A stretch of DNA of 64,000 nt from the human T2T-CHM13v2.0 reference genome, Homo sapiens. Positions 1 to 14,870 of this stretch are shown here, one piece after another. Location of the stretch: the NCBI RefSeq assembly GCF_009914755.1, contig NC_060933.1, one strand, 5' to 3'. Under the pieces are notes generated by a model, which saw only the letters and a program-made list of their open reading frames with translations, had not been told where the DNA came from and did not search any database. The first letter of the stretch is position 1. Every line of letters begins with the position of its first letter. Position numbers and translations under genes: made by a program.

Positions 1-287
1 TGTATGGCTGGTGTACCTACTGTACAGTCTTTGAAAAATTATAACAGAAGATTCTTTAGTCGGGGCTATGCACTTCACAAGCTTCACTTGCTAATAATCA
101 CAACAGGGAATTAAGTATTGCTCATACTACCACCTGTTCACGTACGGCTTCTTTCTTGCCTTGCTGGTAAGATTTCTGCTCCTCCTCATCCTTTAAGGCA
201 TGTCTTTAGCTTGATACTGGAGTCATTTCTTTGGTTTCAGTTACCCTTTCTGGTTCATATGATAGTCTTCTATATCAAGCTTGGAGC
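1..287 (-). other. Candidate terminal exon of an unidentified minus-strand transcript (runs off the window's left edge)
   Basis: The minus strand reads poly-T tract, branch-like CTGAC, then ttacttctctttcag|GCTCCAAG (acceptor CAG at 290-288). In phase 1 it encodes xSKLDIEDYHMNQKG with TAA at 243-241 (x = G if the upstream exon ends in G). No transcript evidence is available. Confidence 0.45.
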
Positions 288-669
288 CTGAAAGAGAAGT
301 AACTTGTCAGTTAAAAAAAAAAAAAAAAAAAAAAGATAAATGCCAAAGATCAGGATGTTTGAGAAAAAAAAAATATTAACTTGGTTCTTTTCTTCCCTAA
401 TTACTCCCCCCAAACAAGACCCCAAGGAGTTTCATTTCTAAAACATAACTCTCTATATTAAGAAGACCCCCAGTTCAGGTTGATAAATACCCATAGGGCC
501 TATCTCTCACCATGAACCTGCACAGGCAAGGGCAGAAAACTCTCTCTCCATTAAGTACTAAGAAACTTTCCTTGTCACAAATTAAAGTCCTCTCCAGTGG
601 CCAAGGATTTATCAGCAACCTTGTTCGTAATGATCATCTTATGAATGGTGATTAAGAAAAATAAATCAC

Positions 670-756
670 TTCCTCTTGCTAATAAATTGCTCCAATTGCT
701 TCAAAATGGCAGACTTTCTGCTGAAATGACCCTCCCCTGGGCCAATAATAATATTC
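670..756 (-). other. Possible cassette/alternative exon (87 nt)
   Basis: Good acceptor ttccccagtttttctctag|G with a weak donor GAA|gtgatt; one frame is open. Could be a pseudo-exon. Confidence 0.2.
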
Positions 757-1950
757 CTAGAGAAAAACTGGGGAAGTAAGGGGTTGAAGTGGGGTGGGGC
801 CCATATTTCCAGCATCTGAAGGGAAACAGCAACACATGGCTTCATCACCTGACCTATATTCTTCAACAGTCCCTAGAAGAAATGTTGACCTCAGATGAGC
901 TGAGATTTTGTTCATCTTCACCCATCCAAAGAGTTACACCTTAATTATTCAGTTGAACTTGTATTATTTAGTAAACAAGAATATAAACGCCCAAGATTTG
1001 GTGTTTTATCAATTACAGCCTTTGTCTTCTGAATTCTGTACAAAATACACAGACATTTCGCTCCTAACATCCTCCCTCAAAATAAAGCACATGCTTAAAA
1101 AAAAAAATCACCTAAGCAGACTTTTTCCAAGAAGCACATATAGTACTTTTTATTCAAGGCAACATGCAGACCTGTTAAACATTTTTTTTTTAATTTTTTT
1201 AAGTTTGCAGTCTTCTCTGAAGACTTCAATAAAGCAAAGGGAGCTCATATGCCTCACCCAGTCTGCCTGACTTAAAGTAGTGTGAGGCAAGAATCATCCA
1301 CATGTAGAGTTAAACAATGAAATTTTCCAAGTATATACATGCTGTGAGAATCAATAACCTCTTCTCAAACCAGCAAATTGGTTTCAAGTATTCGGTTCAC
1401 TGGTTACATCCAACAGCCACAATAAGAGGCCACCTTCCGAGTGAAAGGGAAGGTGAAGATGAATTCTTGAAAAATGCGTTCTCATCAGAATTCCTGTGCT
1501 TCTTACTGCATGGAGGGTATTTGTAAAACTCTTCAGAAAGAACACTGAGTTTAATTTCAGGCAATCTTTTTTGTTGATTTTTTTTCACTAACTTTAATTT
1601 TCTTATGTGAACTGTGATATACAAAGGCAATCACTTTCGGAGTAAAATTAAGAATGGCAAAAGTAATTTTACAAAAACTTCTATAGAAATAACATTGTTC
1701 AATTAAGTTTATAGAGTATGCCCAAAAGAAAAATATAAGAATATTCACATGAAGAAATATTAATCTAGTGCTCCAAAGACCAGAATATGTACTCCAGGGG
1801 CGTCAGGGGCAGGAACCATGAAACAGAGATAAAAGTTGCTTTTTGAGATTTTTCTCGCCTTAGCCCTGAATGCTGCATGCTCTGAAAGAATCCAGTTATG
1901 GGAACACAAATTACCTCATCCTCAGTTTCACTTTAAAATAAAATAAATAG

Positions 1951-2279
<329 letters not shown>

Positions 2280-2939
2280 ACAGGTTAGATTTTCAAGTGT
2301 TATTAAGTTGCTTACACAAATTTAAAGTCATGAGCATGACTTTAGGATCTGTGCTTTTTATGTCAAGTGCTCCTCTTTCTCGGAATTTTAACAATAAAGT
2401 TTTTTTCAGAGTGCTGTGCAGTATCTCATTTCATGAAAATAACTCATGGCATAATTTGATGTTTTCTCGATCTTAGATTTCTCTTTGCAGCCAGGCTATT
2501 CTTTCTAAAATAAAACTGATATTCTCTAGAAAGGTTTGCCTGACGCAATTGGCATTTCTACTGAGCTATGTTCTGGGAATATTTGTCAGAAAATCTGGTC
2601 ATTGAAAGCAGAATTGTCTGTGTCCTTCATTCCCAGGCAAATAACCTGTGTTTTCTCTCTTCCTCCTTCCTTCCTTCTCATTCCCTGAGGGCATCCACCC
2701 TTCTCTCCAGCAATCCATGTGTCATCACCTCCTCAAACTGCCTTTCCTCCCATGCTCTCAGAGGGCTTCTGCACTAATCCTTCTACCCTTGGAATCTCCT
2801 TTTCTTTTCTTCCTCTTGACATGGAATGTTAATACAGAAATTCTTGCAAAAATATGGCTACCTTTATAGTCTAGATAAAAGAAAAATCTTCCTCCAGCAG
2901 GGTAACTTGTGTTTTCTTTTTTTAAAATTTTTCTGGGGG

Positions 2940-4560
2940 GTTGTTTTTTTAAGTTCCAGGATACATGTGCAGGGTGTGCAGGTTTGTTACATAGGTAAAC
3001 ATGTGCCATGTGGTTTGCTGCATCCATCAACCTATCACCTAGGCATTAAACCCAGCATGCAGTAGCTATTTTTCCTGATGTTCTCCCTCCTGCTGCCATA
3101 CACAATAGGCCCTGGTGTGTGTTGTTCCCCTCCCTGTCTCCATGTGTTCTCATCATTCAGCTCTCACTTATAAGTAAGAAAATGTGGTATTTGGTTTTCT
3201 GTTCCTGAGTTAGTTTGCTGAGGATGATGGTTCCCAGCTCCATCCATGTCCCTGCAAAGGACATGATCTCATTCCTTTTTATGGCTGCATAGTATTCCAT
3301 GGTGCATATGTACCATGTTTTCTTTATCCAGTCTATCATTGATGGGCATTTGGGTTGGTTAATGGGATCTAATTAAATGGGATCATTGATGGGCAATTGG
3401 GTTGATTCCATGTCTTTGCTACTGTGAATAGTGCTGCAGTGAACATAGTGTGCATGTATCTTCATAACAGAATGATTTATGTTCCTTTGCGCATATACCC
3501 AGTAATGGGATTGCTGGGTCAATGATATTTCTGGTTCTAGATCTTTGAGGAATTGCCACACTGTCTTCTAAATTTACATTCCCATCAATAGTGTAAAAGC
3601 AATCCTATTTCCCTGCAACCTCGCCAGCATCTGTTGTTTCTTGACTTAATAATCGTCATTCTGACTGGCATGAGATGGCATCCCATTGTGGTTTTGATTT
3701 GCATTTCTCTAATGATCAGTGTTGTTGAGCTTTTTTCATATGTTTGTTGGTGGCAGAAATGTCTTCTTTTGAGAAGTGTCTGTTCATGCTCTTTGCCCAC
3801 TTTTTAGTGGGGTTGTTTTTTTTCTGGTAAATTTGTTTAAGTTTCTTGTAGACCCTGGATATTAGCTCTTTGTCAGATGGATAGACTGCAAAAATTTTCT
3901 CCCATTCTGTAGGATGTCTGTTCACTCTGATGCTCGTTTCTTTTGCTGTGCAGAAGCTGTTTAGTTTAATTAGATCCCATTTGTCAAATACTTGCTTTTG
4001 GTGCAATTGCTTTTGGCGTTTTTGTCATAAAATCTTTGCCAGTGCCTATGTCCTGAGTGGTATTGCCTTGGTTTTCTTCTAGGATTTTTGTAGTTTTGAG
4101 TTCTACATTTAAGTCTTTAATCCATCTTGAATTAATTTTTGTATAAGGTGTAAGGAAGGGGTCCAGTTTCAATTTTCTGCAGATGGCTAGCCAGTTCTCC
4201 CAGCACCATTTGTTAAATAGGGAATCGTTTCTCCATTGCTTGTTTTTGTCAGGTTTGTCAAAAATCAGATACTCGTAGATGTGCAGTCTTACTTCTGAGA
4301 TCTCTATCTTGTTCCATTGGTGTATGTGTCTGTTTTTGTACCAGTACCATGCTGTTTTGGTTGCTGTAACCTGTAGCATAGTTTGGAGTTGGGTAGCGTA
4401 ATGCCAGCTTTGTTCTGTTTGCTTAAGATTGTCTTGGCTATACAGGCTCTTTTTTGGTTCTGTATAAATTTTAAAATAGTTTTTTTCTAATTCTGTGAAG
4501 AATGTCAATGATGGTTTAATGGGAATAGCATTGATTCTGTAAATTACTTTGGACAGTATT
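2940..4560 (-). mobile_element. 5'-truncated L1PA (approx. L1PA8-11): 3' ORF2 and 3'UTR
   Basis: L1 3'UTR in reverse; ORF fragments 3984-4508, 3716-4006 and 3585-3800 match the L1 ORF2 C-terminus ([18 protein letters not shown]). Confidence 0.93.
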
Positions 4561-5154
4561 TTCTACTTAAGTGCACATACCTTCAAAGGGACATATATAG
4601 AAGAAAAGGAAAAGGGACCTATCCTAGCCAGCATATCACAGGGCTCATGAGCAGCTTCTTCCTTTGAATGGTCCCTGGGCTCTCCTCCATTCCCATCACT
4701 CTGGCCCATCCCACACTCACTACTAGAATTGCAGACCTCAGAACATGTCTTGATGACATCTTTCATCTCTGAAGCTCTGGAAATTGCTAGTAATTGGAAT
4801 TCTCTTTCCCTTCATAGCCTCCAAGTCCTTCTCAAAGGTCATAGGGACTTAGTAAATGTTAGGGTTTAAAACTACTATTTTAGGGACACCTCATCCATTC
4901 AACAGGCCTTTATGGACTGACCTAGAAGTACTACTAACACTAATTATATTTTATTTACTGATAACCTTAAACCCTTATTTGTTAAAGGAATTTTAGCATT
5001 ATTAATAGGACTGTTGATGACAAGCCTAGCACCTAAGAAAAACTATGAGTTAGAACCAACTGAATTATACACCTAATCTCTGATAAAGAGTATATAAGTT
5101 GAAGGCTCCTCCTTGTGTGTTTGCTTGCTTTTCACATTTTTTACCTTTCTGCAT

Positions 5155-6190
<1,036 letters not shown>

Positions 6191-6494
6191 GATCCTAGTT
6201 TAACTATTTGGTGCTTTGCTCCGTCGTTGGCTGTTGCCTATGGTTTTTAAGCATGAAATATTTTTTTCTTCATGCTCCTACTCCATCTTGAAGGGAAAAT
6301 TCTCTATTGCTTCAAACCTAACAATGCAGAGAGTCCCTCAGCATTATTCCACCAAATTCCCCAAATAAGATTCCCAAACAATTTGTTTCTAATATTTTAA
6401 GTAAGTTTGATCTCTCCCCCGTATATATTATTTCTGTCTAGTATAATATCCTTCATTGAAATGGGAAATCAGAAAGTGTGATATAGTGGTGAAA

Positions 6495-6870
6495 GATTTT
6501 TTGCTACAAGTCATTGAAATCAACTTGAACTAACTTTGACACTAAAGAGAATTTATTACAAGAATATGAGAGTGTCTCATGCAATCAAATGCAGAAATGC
6601 AAGCAAAACATAGGAGTAGGAGGGAATCCCTCAGATTCTCTCTCCATATTATCTGTTCTTCTCTGTATGGTGGCTTCAGTCTCATCTTGGAAGGCTGGTT
6701 TTCTCCGCACTTAAATCCACAAGATTGCCCCATAATAGCTCCTGTGTTTATATGCTCTGGTTTTAACCACAAGGACTGACCTTGTGGTTTGTTTGTCCTC
6801 AGTGTCTCAAGGATGGAAATGTAGCCTAGCTATGGGTCAGGTGTTCACCATCACTTAACTCTGGCTGGGG
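6495..6870 (-). mobile_element. Old MLT1-type (ERVL-MaLR) LTR remnant
   Basis: Motifs resembling old MLT1 consensus (gagaatttatt..., gggtcaggtgttcacc); heavily diverged. Confidence 0.35.
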
Positions 6871-6994
6871 GATGAGTGGATACAAGAGTTCAAGGAAGAA
6901 CTAGCCAACACCAATTCTGAGTTTTGAGAGAAGGGAGAATTGTTATAAACTTGACAGGCCACATGGAGAAGGAGGGAAACAATAGCTCCTTTGC

Positions 6995-7390
6995 TTCAGT
7001 GAACATGTGTTAAGCACCAACCGTGCTCCAGGGCCAGGCTAGGCTTGTGGATATAAAAACAAGTACAAAAACTTCTACTTTCAAGGAACGTAACATGCAG
7101 CACTGACCGTGAACACACCTGTAAAGCAAGGCTTATTCTTATCCCCTCATTGTCAGTGTGGGGAAGAGGCAATTAAAAGGAATACAGAGCATAAGGGTAG
7201 GCAACGAAGTCCCGAGAAAGCAGTCCAAATCAAGTACCGATAATAAGCAAAAGTAAAGAATTGGGACCCGTAAGAACTGCTGGAAGTTTGGGTGGCTGAG
7301 CTGACAAGAGTACGGTGTCTGTGTAGTTGATGTGGTAAGAAATGAGGCTGAAAATTTATACAGGAGCCTTTACTGAGGATTTATAAGTAA
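6995..7390 (-). mobile_element. L2 fragment
   Basis: tgttaagcaccaaccgtgctccagg... resembles the L2 3' end. Confidence 0.45.
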
Positions 7391-8044
7391 GGGGGAGGGA
7401 TGAGTGAAGAACAAAGGGAATAGATACACACAGGCCAGGCAATAGAAAGATCCCTTCCAGACTTGTGGCTTGATTACCAGGTAGTTAACCTGCAGGCTAT
7501 ACATTTCCAATCTTCCCCAATGTGTGACATGCCTGTCACTTTGCAGATTTAGTTGTGTTTAATCTTTCCTTTTCAAACAATGCAGAAACAAGCTACATAG
7601 TTAATGTAGTGACTATGACCTACAAAAAAGAAAAGCTCATATTATTTCCTTCAGCTTCCTTATCCGGTACAATTTCCCTTCCATCCTTTATCCTCTCAAG
7701 CTCCTTGTTCCCTTTTATGATAAGTTTACATTCAGATTAGCTACCTCTCTAGAAAGCTTTTGTCTCCTTTTCAACTTCTTTTATTTCTGGCCTTACCAGT
7801 TTTTATTTTTGCATTTTCAGCACTCACTAAATTTCTATTCATTTCTCTGAGCTTTGCTGTCCATTTTAAATGCCTATAGCGTTTTAAATCAATAGTATTA
7901 TTTTTCACTTTTCCATTGCTCTCTCAATATGATCTCAAAGTGCAGAACAGGAGATATTAAGCCAATTTTAATTGAATAAGTAATTTAAGCATCATTCTTA
8001 AAAAAACAAAAACACTTTTAGAATTCACTCCTCTTTTACTTAGA

Positions 8045-8260
8045 ATATTTCCCCATAGGGATGAAAATTGGTTCTTAGGGGGCAAAAATATCTTAGCTAT
8101 CACAGTGGGTTGTAATCCTCCAATCCTTAACCCTATCCAACTGCATAAACAGATATATACTATATCTGTTGTATAAAATTTCATGGGAAGAGGAGGCAAT
8201 TTTTTTAAGTCTTAAAAGTCTCCTTAACGGGGCAATAATAAAAAGAAATAGAAAACACAG
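8045..8260. mobile_element. hAT-Charlie-type DNA transposon remnant
   Basis: gaaaattggttcttagggggcaaaaatatcttag...cataaacagatatatactatatctg resembles non-autonomous Charlie elements. Confidence 0.45.
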
Positions 8261-8486
8261 AAGAAAACAGGTTTAGCTCTAACTTATACTTACATAATGT
8301 ATAAATATACAAAAGTTAAATGCAATCTTTCATTTGATTTCTACAAAAATCGAGGTGAATTGGCTATTTATTAACATCTTTCTCAACATGTAGATTGATT
8401 ACCAGGAAGGTAACTTCCTAGTTGTGTGACTTTGATGGCAAATTCCCCTCCATCTATGATAACATAAAATACACATTTCTTTAAAG

Positions 8487-8717
8487 CAGGGATTCTCAGC
8501 TTCAGAACTACTGATATCTCGGGCAAGATAATTCTCTGTTGGGAGGGTGCATCCCTTGCACCGTAGGATGTTCAGCACATCCCTAGCCTCTACACAGTAC
8601 ATGCCAGTAGGAACTTCCTATCACCAACTGATGGGACAACCAAAAATGTCTCCAGACATTGCCAAATGTCCCCCAGGTAGTGGGGTGGAAGAAAACACTC
8701 CTGATTTAGAACCACTG
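8487..8717 (+). mobile_element. MER20 (hAT-Charlie) DNA transposon
   Basis: CAG...CTG termini; hallmark acaaccaaaaatgtctccagacattgccaaatgtcccc. Confidence 0.9.
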
Positions 8718-8774
8718 ATTTACAGCCTACTTAAAAGAAAGATTACTGTTTTTAAATTCACACGCAGTTTCATA

Positions 8775-8940
8775 ATAGCCCAAAGTTACTGAGCATTTAC
8801 TATATACCAGGCACTTTATATGAATTGGCTCAATAATCCTCCCAACAACCCTGTGGGGCAGATACTAGTATCATGCCTATTTATGAATAAGAAAACCTAG
8901 GCCATAAGCATTGCAGTTTGTAAGTGGCAAAGCTGGGATA
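8775..8940 (-). mobile_element. MIR SINE
   Basis: tactgagcatttactatataccaggcact...aatcctcccaacaaccctgtg MIR pattern. Confidence 0.7.
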
Positions 8941-10063
8941 TATGGGTACTTGTGTTGCATTTATATCACAAAGAAGTGCTTGAACTGTTGACTCAAATAT
9001 AACTATTTTCATTTATACAAAATTATCTGCATCATGATTATGATTATGATGTTGACTTTAATTTAAACCCAGGTCTGAGAAATGAACCATCATGCTACAC
9101 TATTGCTTTCAGAACTAAAATGTCCTCAGCTATTCTCCTCAATTCTATATGCTTAGTATAAACTATATGCTTAGTATAATTTCATTGTTGTAGAGATTAC
9201 ATATACTGTCACACATCCACAAATATATGCAGAAAAAGGCTGCAAATGCACATATCGATTTAACAGGATTTATCTATGGGAAGTAGGATAACGAACATTT
9301 CTAATTTTTATCTTTTTGCTTACCCATATTTTCAACCTTTGCTACAATGAATAAACTTTCAAAATTATAAAAGCAATAATTTTTAAAAAGATTTGATGAG
9401 TTAGGTGAATAAGGATAGAGTTTCGGGGGGTAGAGAAAAAAAATATTTTGTTAGATAAGTTCCCTAAATTTGCATTGCTTACACACTAACAGGAGTACCA
9501 TGTCCACAGATGACTAGAAACTAGACCAGTGGTTCTTTGTTCTCTAATTTTCTACTGAGACTAAATAATACCCTTTTCCAAATTTTCAAGAAGAATTAAA
9601 TTTAGGGACAACATTTAAAGTTTTGTCCCTGTATATTTTCTTTAAATCTTAGATATTTGCCTCTACTTGTTTCCAGAAAGACTACAAAAAGGCAAAATAA
9701 ATAACTGAATTAGAAGCAAATAAGTATTTGGGAAAAACTTGGACATCTAAGTAGATTACTTAATTTGTAGGATTGGTAGTCATACAATAATATTATTTTC
9801 TTTTTGGATGATTGAATTAAAAACAAGTACTTCAGGACTTCCAAATACAGTGACAGCTAAACAAGGTTGAACTAGATTGAGTTCAAGGGCAGGCCCTGCA
9901 CCTGATTTTTCTTTATAACTCCCATCAATTGGCATGCTGTGGAAGCCCATCATGATGTTAATGAATTTTAATGAATGAATACAATGAAGAAAGTGTTAAT
10001 GTCTTAAGAAGAATAAGTAAAACAACTGACATGAGAACTGAGAGGACAGATGCCAGACTGAGT

Positions 10064-10450
10064 TGTGTGGACAGAGACTGGCTAGTTGTTCACCAAACAA
10101 TATCTCCTTTCTCACCTGGAAATGCAGTTAGACAATATTCCCGGCATGCCCTGCATTTAGGTGTGGAAATGTGATCCGTTTACATCCATAGGAATGTGGG
10201 CAGAAGGCAAGAAACTACTTCTCGACCTGGCCCATAAAACCTACCAGCTGAAGAAAGAAGACCATGGGCACCTGGTGGAAGGTAGAGCCATGGAATGGAA
10301 GAAGCCCGAGTCCGTGAAACTCTGCCAAGATAGAAACTGCCCGACTGGGAACACCTACACTGGACCGTTCAGACACAAGAAAATAGGTATGTTATGCCTC
10401 TGGAATTTTGGAACTGTTTGTTACATCAGTTGTCTACCCTGACTAATACA
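10064..10450 (+). mobile_element. MLT1 (J/I-like) solo LTR
   Basis: Starts with tg, ends ccctgactaataca; internal MLT1 motifs. Confidence 0.65.
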
Positions 10451-10879
10451 TTTGTTTCAACCTGAAACCACAAATGCTCAGAAACAACCCTGGAACTGGA
10501 AGCTTTTTCCATTCAGCGGATTTATAAAATCTCTAACTAATGCTGCCATCAATCTGTTTTGCCTCCGGAGACAGCAGTACCACTGTTATTGGGATAAAGG
10601 CAAGTGTGTGAATAAAGCACTTAAGGTCACAGCTGAACTTAGACTTATGGAATAAGAAAATTCCCTTGAACCAAATGTACTTAAAGAGGCCTGTCTTCAT
10701 TTTCATGTACCTTTAAATACTACAGAGGGTTTGCTTGTTTTCATCATTGGCAGAAGATAAGCATTAGCAAGAAACATTGCCAGAAATACAGCAAGAACAA
10801 AAATGCATCTGGAAAAAATATGGAGAGGGGGTTGCCCAACAGACCCAGGGTATCATCCCATCCCATCTATGCCATCCCA

Positions 10880-11110
10880 TTCCCAATGAACATTTACTGA
10901 GTACACCCATGTGAGTCAATGTACTTGTTACTGGAGATATAAAGATGAAAGAGGCAGCCCCTGCACTCAGGAAGCACCACGTGCAGGAGAAAGCATGTGC
11001 ACAACCAACTCTATAGTGTGAAAATATTTCCAGGCTATTCAAATAGGCATAGTGGGACACTGAAGACCAAGTGCTCTACCTGGGATGATTTCACAGAAGC
11101 AAGTGGTTCT
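10880..11110 (-). mobile_element. L2 fragment
   Basis: catttactgagtacacc...ccctgcactcaggaagc pattern. Confidence 0.45.
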
Positions 11111-11379
11111 TAAGAGTCCCAAGTCTACCCTTGATAAAATAGCAACTTCTTTGCCTTTTCTCCTATTATACATAAATTAACAGCTTTGGCTGAACACTAG
11201 CTGATTATCCAGAGAAGATAATAAAAAAAAATAAAAAAAATGGAGGCTCCCTTATTATCAAGAATTTGAGCACATGCCACCTATTTATCTGTATTTGCTA
11301 GTCAACATCTGCTAATGCTATATAAATGCTAGAAAAAATAAAGAACTTACACCTTATTAAATTTACAATAAACATAAAT

Positions 11380-12940
11380 TTACTGTATTTCTCCCTGTAG
11401 TCAACAAATATCTTGAGGGAGACACTTTGAGACTATGCAAATTTCTTTGTTCCTCAAACCTTTGCCCACTGCATCTGGCATACATTGGTGGATCCATCTA
11501 CAACAATCACCACTGTGGAGGTGGCCTGGGGTAGTTTTCTCTCATTCGTTCCACATTTATTAATTGAAATTCTATGCAAAAAAAAGAGAGCTGCCACTTC
11601 TCCATATGCAATCAATCTTTATTCTCATGGATTACATATTTGAGAATTCACCTGCTTGCTAAAATTTATTTGTAACCCGAAAATCAATACTCATGTCATT
11701 TTCTCGGTCATTCACAGATGTGTGCAGAACAGCAAAAATTTGAGAACTCAATGTGCATGTTCCCAGCTGAAATCAAACAAGGTGATACTCTGCCTTTGTT
11801 TCAGCTCTCATCCTGTAAACAAGTGCCCTTTTTGCAGTCTATCGAGTGCCATATTTTTCATATTTTTGTGCGTTTTGTTGGTCATTTTGCTGTTTAAAAT
11901 GCCCTCAAGCATAATGCTGATGTGCTGACTCGTATTCCTAAGTGCAAGAAGGCTATGACAGGCCTGCCAAGGAAAATAACATCCATTAGAGAAGCTTCAT
12001 TCAGGCATGGGTTATGGCGCTGTTGGTGGTGAGTTCAATGTTAACGAATCAACAAAAAATATTAAATAAGGTGTTTTTAAACAGAAACACACATGAAGCA
12101 AGATTATCTATTGATTAGTTGACAATAGCTCACAGAAATCTAAACCTATGTTTCCCTTAAGAGCAATGGGTCAGTGTTCGCTAATTCAGTGTTCATAGTG
12201 ACTTTATAAAACACAATTACCATGAATAATGAGAAGTGACTATATCTATTCAACCAATTATTTATTTGTGTCCCTATGAACTCATGGTTCATATTTATAT
12301 TATTTTATAGACTACAATCCAGTACTATCATTATGTATTTTGTGGCTTAATTTTTTCCATCTTTGGCCATTTGAATAGCAACTTTATAGTGGAAAAGTCT
12401 AGTGGTGACCATTTCCACCAGGTGATCAATACCAGTATCACCAATAACAATACATGCTGACATCATGAAGGCCATGATTTGATGCACCTAGAAGGATGAG
12501 GCACCATTTCTATGGTAGTCTTGACAGGGATGCATAATCTCACTTCAATCATGAGAAGATTCCAAATGGCCCAAACTGATGAACTGATGTGCAGCAAAAT
12601 AACAGATCAGTACCGTTCCAGTTGTCAGAATCATGAAAGACAAGGAAAGATGGAGAAGCTGTTGCACACGACAGGAGACCAGAGAGAAATAACAACTAAA
12701 TGCCACATGGAATCCTGAGTGGCATATTGGAAACAACAACAACAAAGAGACATGAATGGGAACCTTCAAAGTGAAGTTCAACTGAAATCTTTAGTTTATG
12801 GTACTGTACAAATATTAATTTCCTTGTTGTGATAATTATACTATGGTATGTAAGATGTTAACAATGGAGTGGCACAAGGACATATAGAAACTCTCTGTAC
12901 TGTTTCTGCAATTTTTTTTGAAAGTCTAAAAGTAGTTCAG
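11380..12940. mobile_element. Old L1M (L1MC/ME-type) 3' fragments in both orientations, interrupted by MER82
   Basis: L1MC-like 3'UTR motifs (actttgagactatgcaaat; tatggtatgtaagatgttaac...gaaactctctgtact). Confidence 0.55.
11609..12241 (+). mobile_element. MER82 (TcMar-Tigger) DNA transposon, near full length
   Basis: Collinear with recalled MER82 consensus (gctaaaatttatttgtaacc...; ttcccagctga...; gagttcaatgttaacgaatcaac); decayed TIRs. Confidence 0.85.
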
Positions 12941-13149
12941 AATTTTAACCATTGGGTCACCTTGCACACTCCTGGTTGCAGAATTTGTGGAAGGCAGCAG
13001 GGAGGAGGTGGGTGAGAAATTCAGTTTCGGAGACCATTAATTTAGTGAAGTGTTCCATCTTCCAGATAGTTTCTCTAAATCCAAAAAAAATGTGAGGAAT
13101 AGTACAGTAAATAAATGCCCTCTATTTTAAGATATTACAGAAGGCTTAG

Positions 13150-13290
13150 TTGTTTCTAGGCAGGATACTTCACTTCTAGCCGGTGACCTTAGGCAAGCCA
13201 TCATTTCAGTTTCCTCATCCATAAAATGAAGGGACTGAAAGAAATAATCTTATATCTCATATTCCTTAGAACATAAATTCTTATGATTCT
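13150..13290 (+). mobile_element. MIR SINE
   Basis: Core gtgaccttaggcaag...tcagtttcctcatccataaaatga. Confidence 0.7.
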
Positions 13291-13558
13291 AAATTAAACT
13301 TGTTATTCAGCATTTGAAATCAGGTTCTGCAAGAATACTCTTTTGGATGGTTATTTTTTCTGCTTTCTTAGTAAAAAGCAGCAGTATTGACATATTACAG
13401 AAAATCTAGTAAACAAATCATCATCGTTTGAGGAAATTCTGTGGCAGTGCTCCCTGAAGCTCATCTACAAGATAGATACAAATTACATACTCATAAACAA
13501 TATAAACATACCTAAGAGATCAAGAATTATGCAGCTCTTTAAAAAGTATAAGTTACTA

Positions 13559-13869
<311 letters not shown>

Positions 13870-14689
13870 CTAAAACATTACATGGGAAAGCAGGTTATAA
13901 AAATGCACATATGCACATATATAACGATCCCAGATAAACATTTTCTCACCCAAATATTTTTAGATGGGGGTGTGGTAGAACTTCTAATAGTCTTGTTGAC
14001 TGTTATTTTATGAGACATAAGTCATTGATATAAGAAAAACATATGCTATATACTGATAAAATGTAGCACTCAGAATAAACAATAAAATATCTATATACAT
14101 TAATCGTCATCATATCATAATGGAAATCATAATTTTGTTGGACATTGTTAAATCAGCTGAGAACTTTAACTTCTGCCTATTTCATGAGTGATTCCATTGG
14201 GAAAATACTAGGAGGGTAGGATGAGAAATAAAGCAATGGATTTAATAGTGCTCAGTGTGTGATCACTTTACCAGGGTTTCAGAGGGAGGCAGGAGATGGG
14301 GAGATTGAATGTGAATCATTTGTGGGTTCATGAGACAATTTCTCTTCCTCCTTTTTTCATGTGACAAATCCATCAGTTTAGTTGAATAGTAAAGAAGGAA
14401 GGAGAAACAAGGTTAAAGACAAGGATGGAGTTCAGTTTGTGGCCTTTCGCATGGGTAGTAATTCTCTGCCTCATTTAGTAGAGGCAAGAAAGGTACTCTG
14501 TTAAGAATTATAAATTTAAATATTTTGAGCTATAATTAATACACATTAACTTATTTATTTAAAAGCTAATAACTCATTAGGTTTAAAATAATCCTCTAAT
14601 CACTAATAAATTCAATTTAAATATTAAGATCTATTATTAATAAAACAAATATGGTGACCAAATTAGCATAGGATAAATATCATGGACTC

Positions 14690-14870
14690 TTGTCGTCCTT
14701 AATTAACTTGGTCAAATAATTTCATTCTCTGGGCTCTATTTCAGCATCTCTAGCATGGAAATAATGTAGGTTATATCACATTCGATTATAGTGAAGATTA
14801 AATTAAATAATGTACATAAAATGCTTAGCACAGTATCTAATAAATGCTCTATAAGTATAAACTATTAGCA
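14690..14870 (+). mobile_element. MIR SINE
   Basis: gtgaagattaaattaaataatgtacataaaatgcttagcacagt. Confidence 0.7.

Noticed and set aside
1397-1630. 77-aa minus ORF as a coding exon
   Set aside because: No convincing donor/acceptor pair and no recognisable protein similarity
9145-9179. 17-nt tandem duplication ctatatgcttagtataa
   Set aside because: Simple slippage duplication with no templated filler
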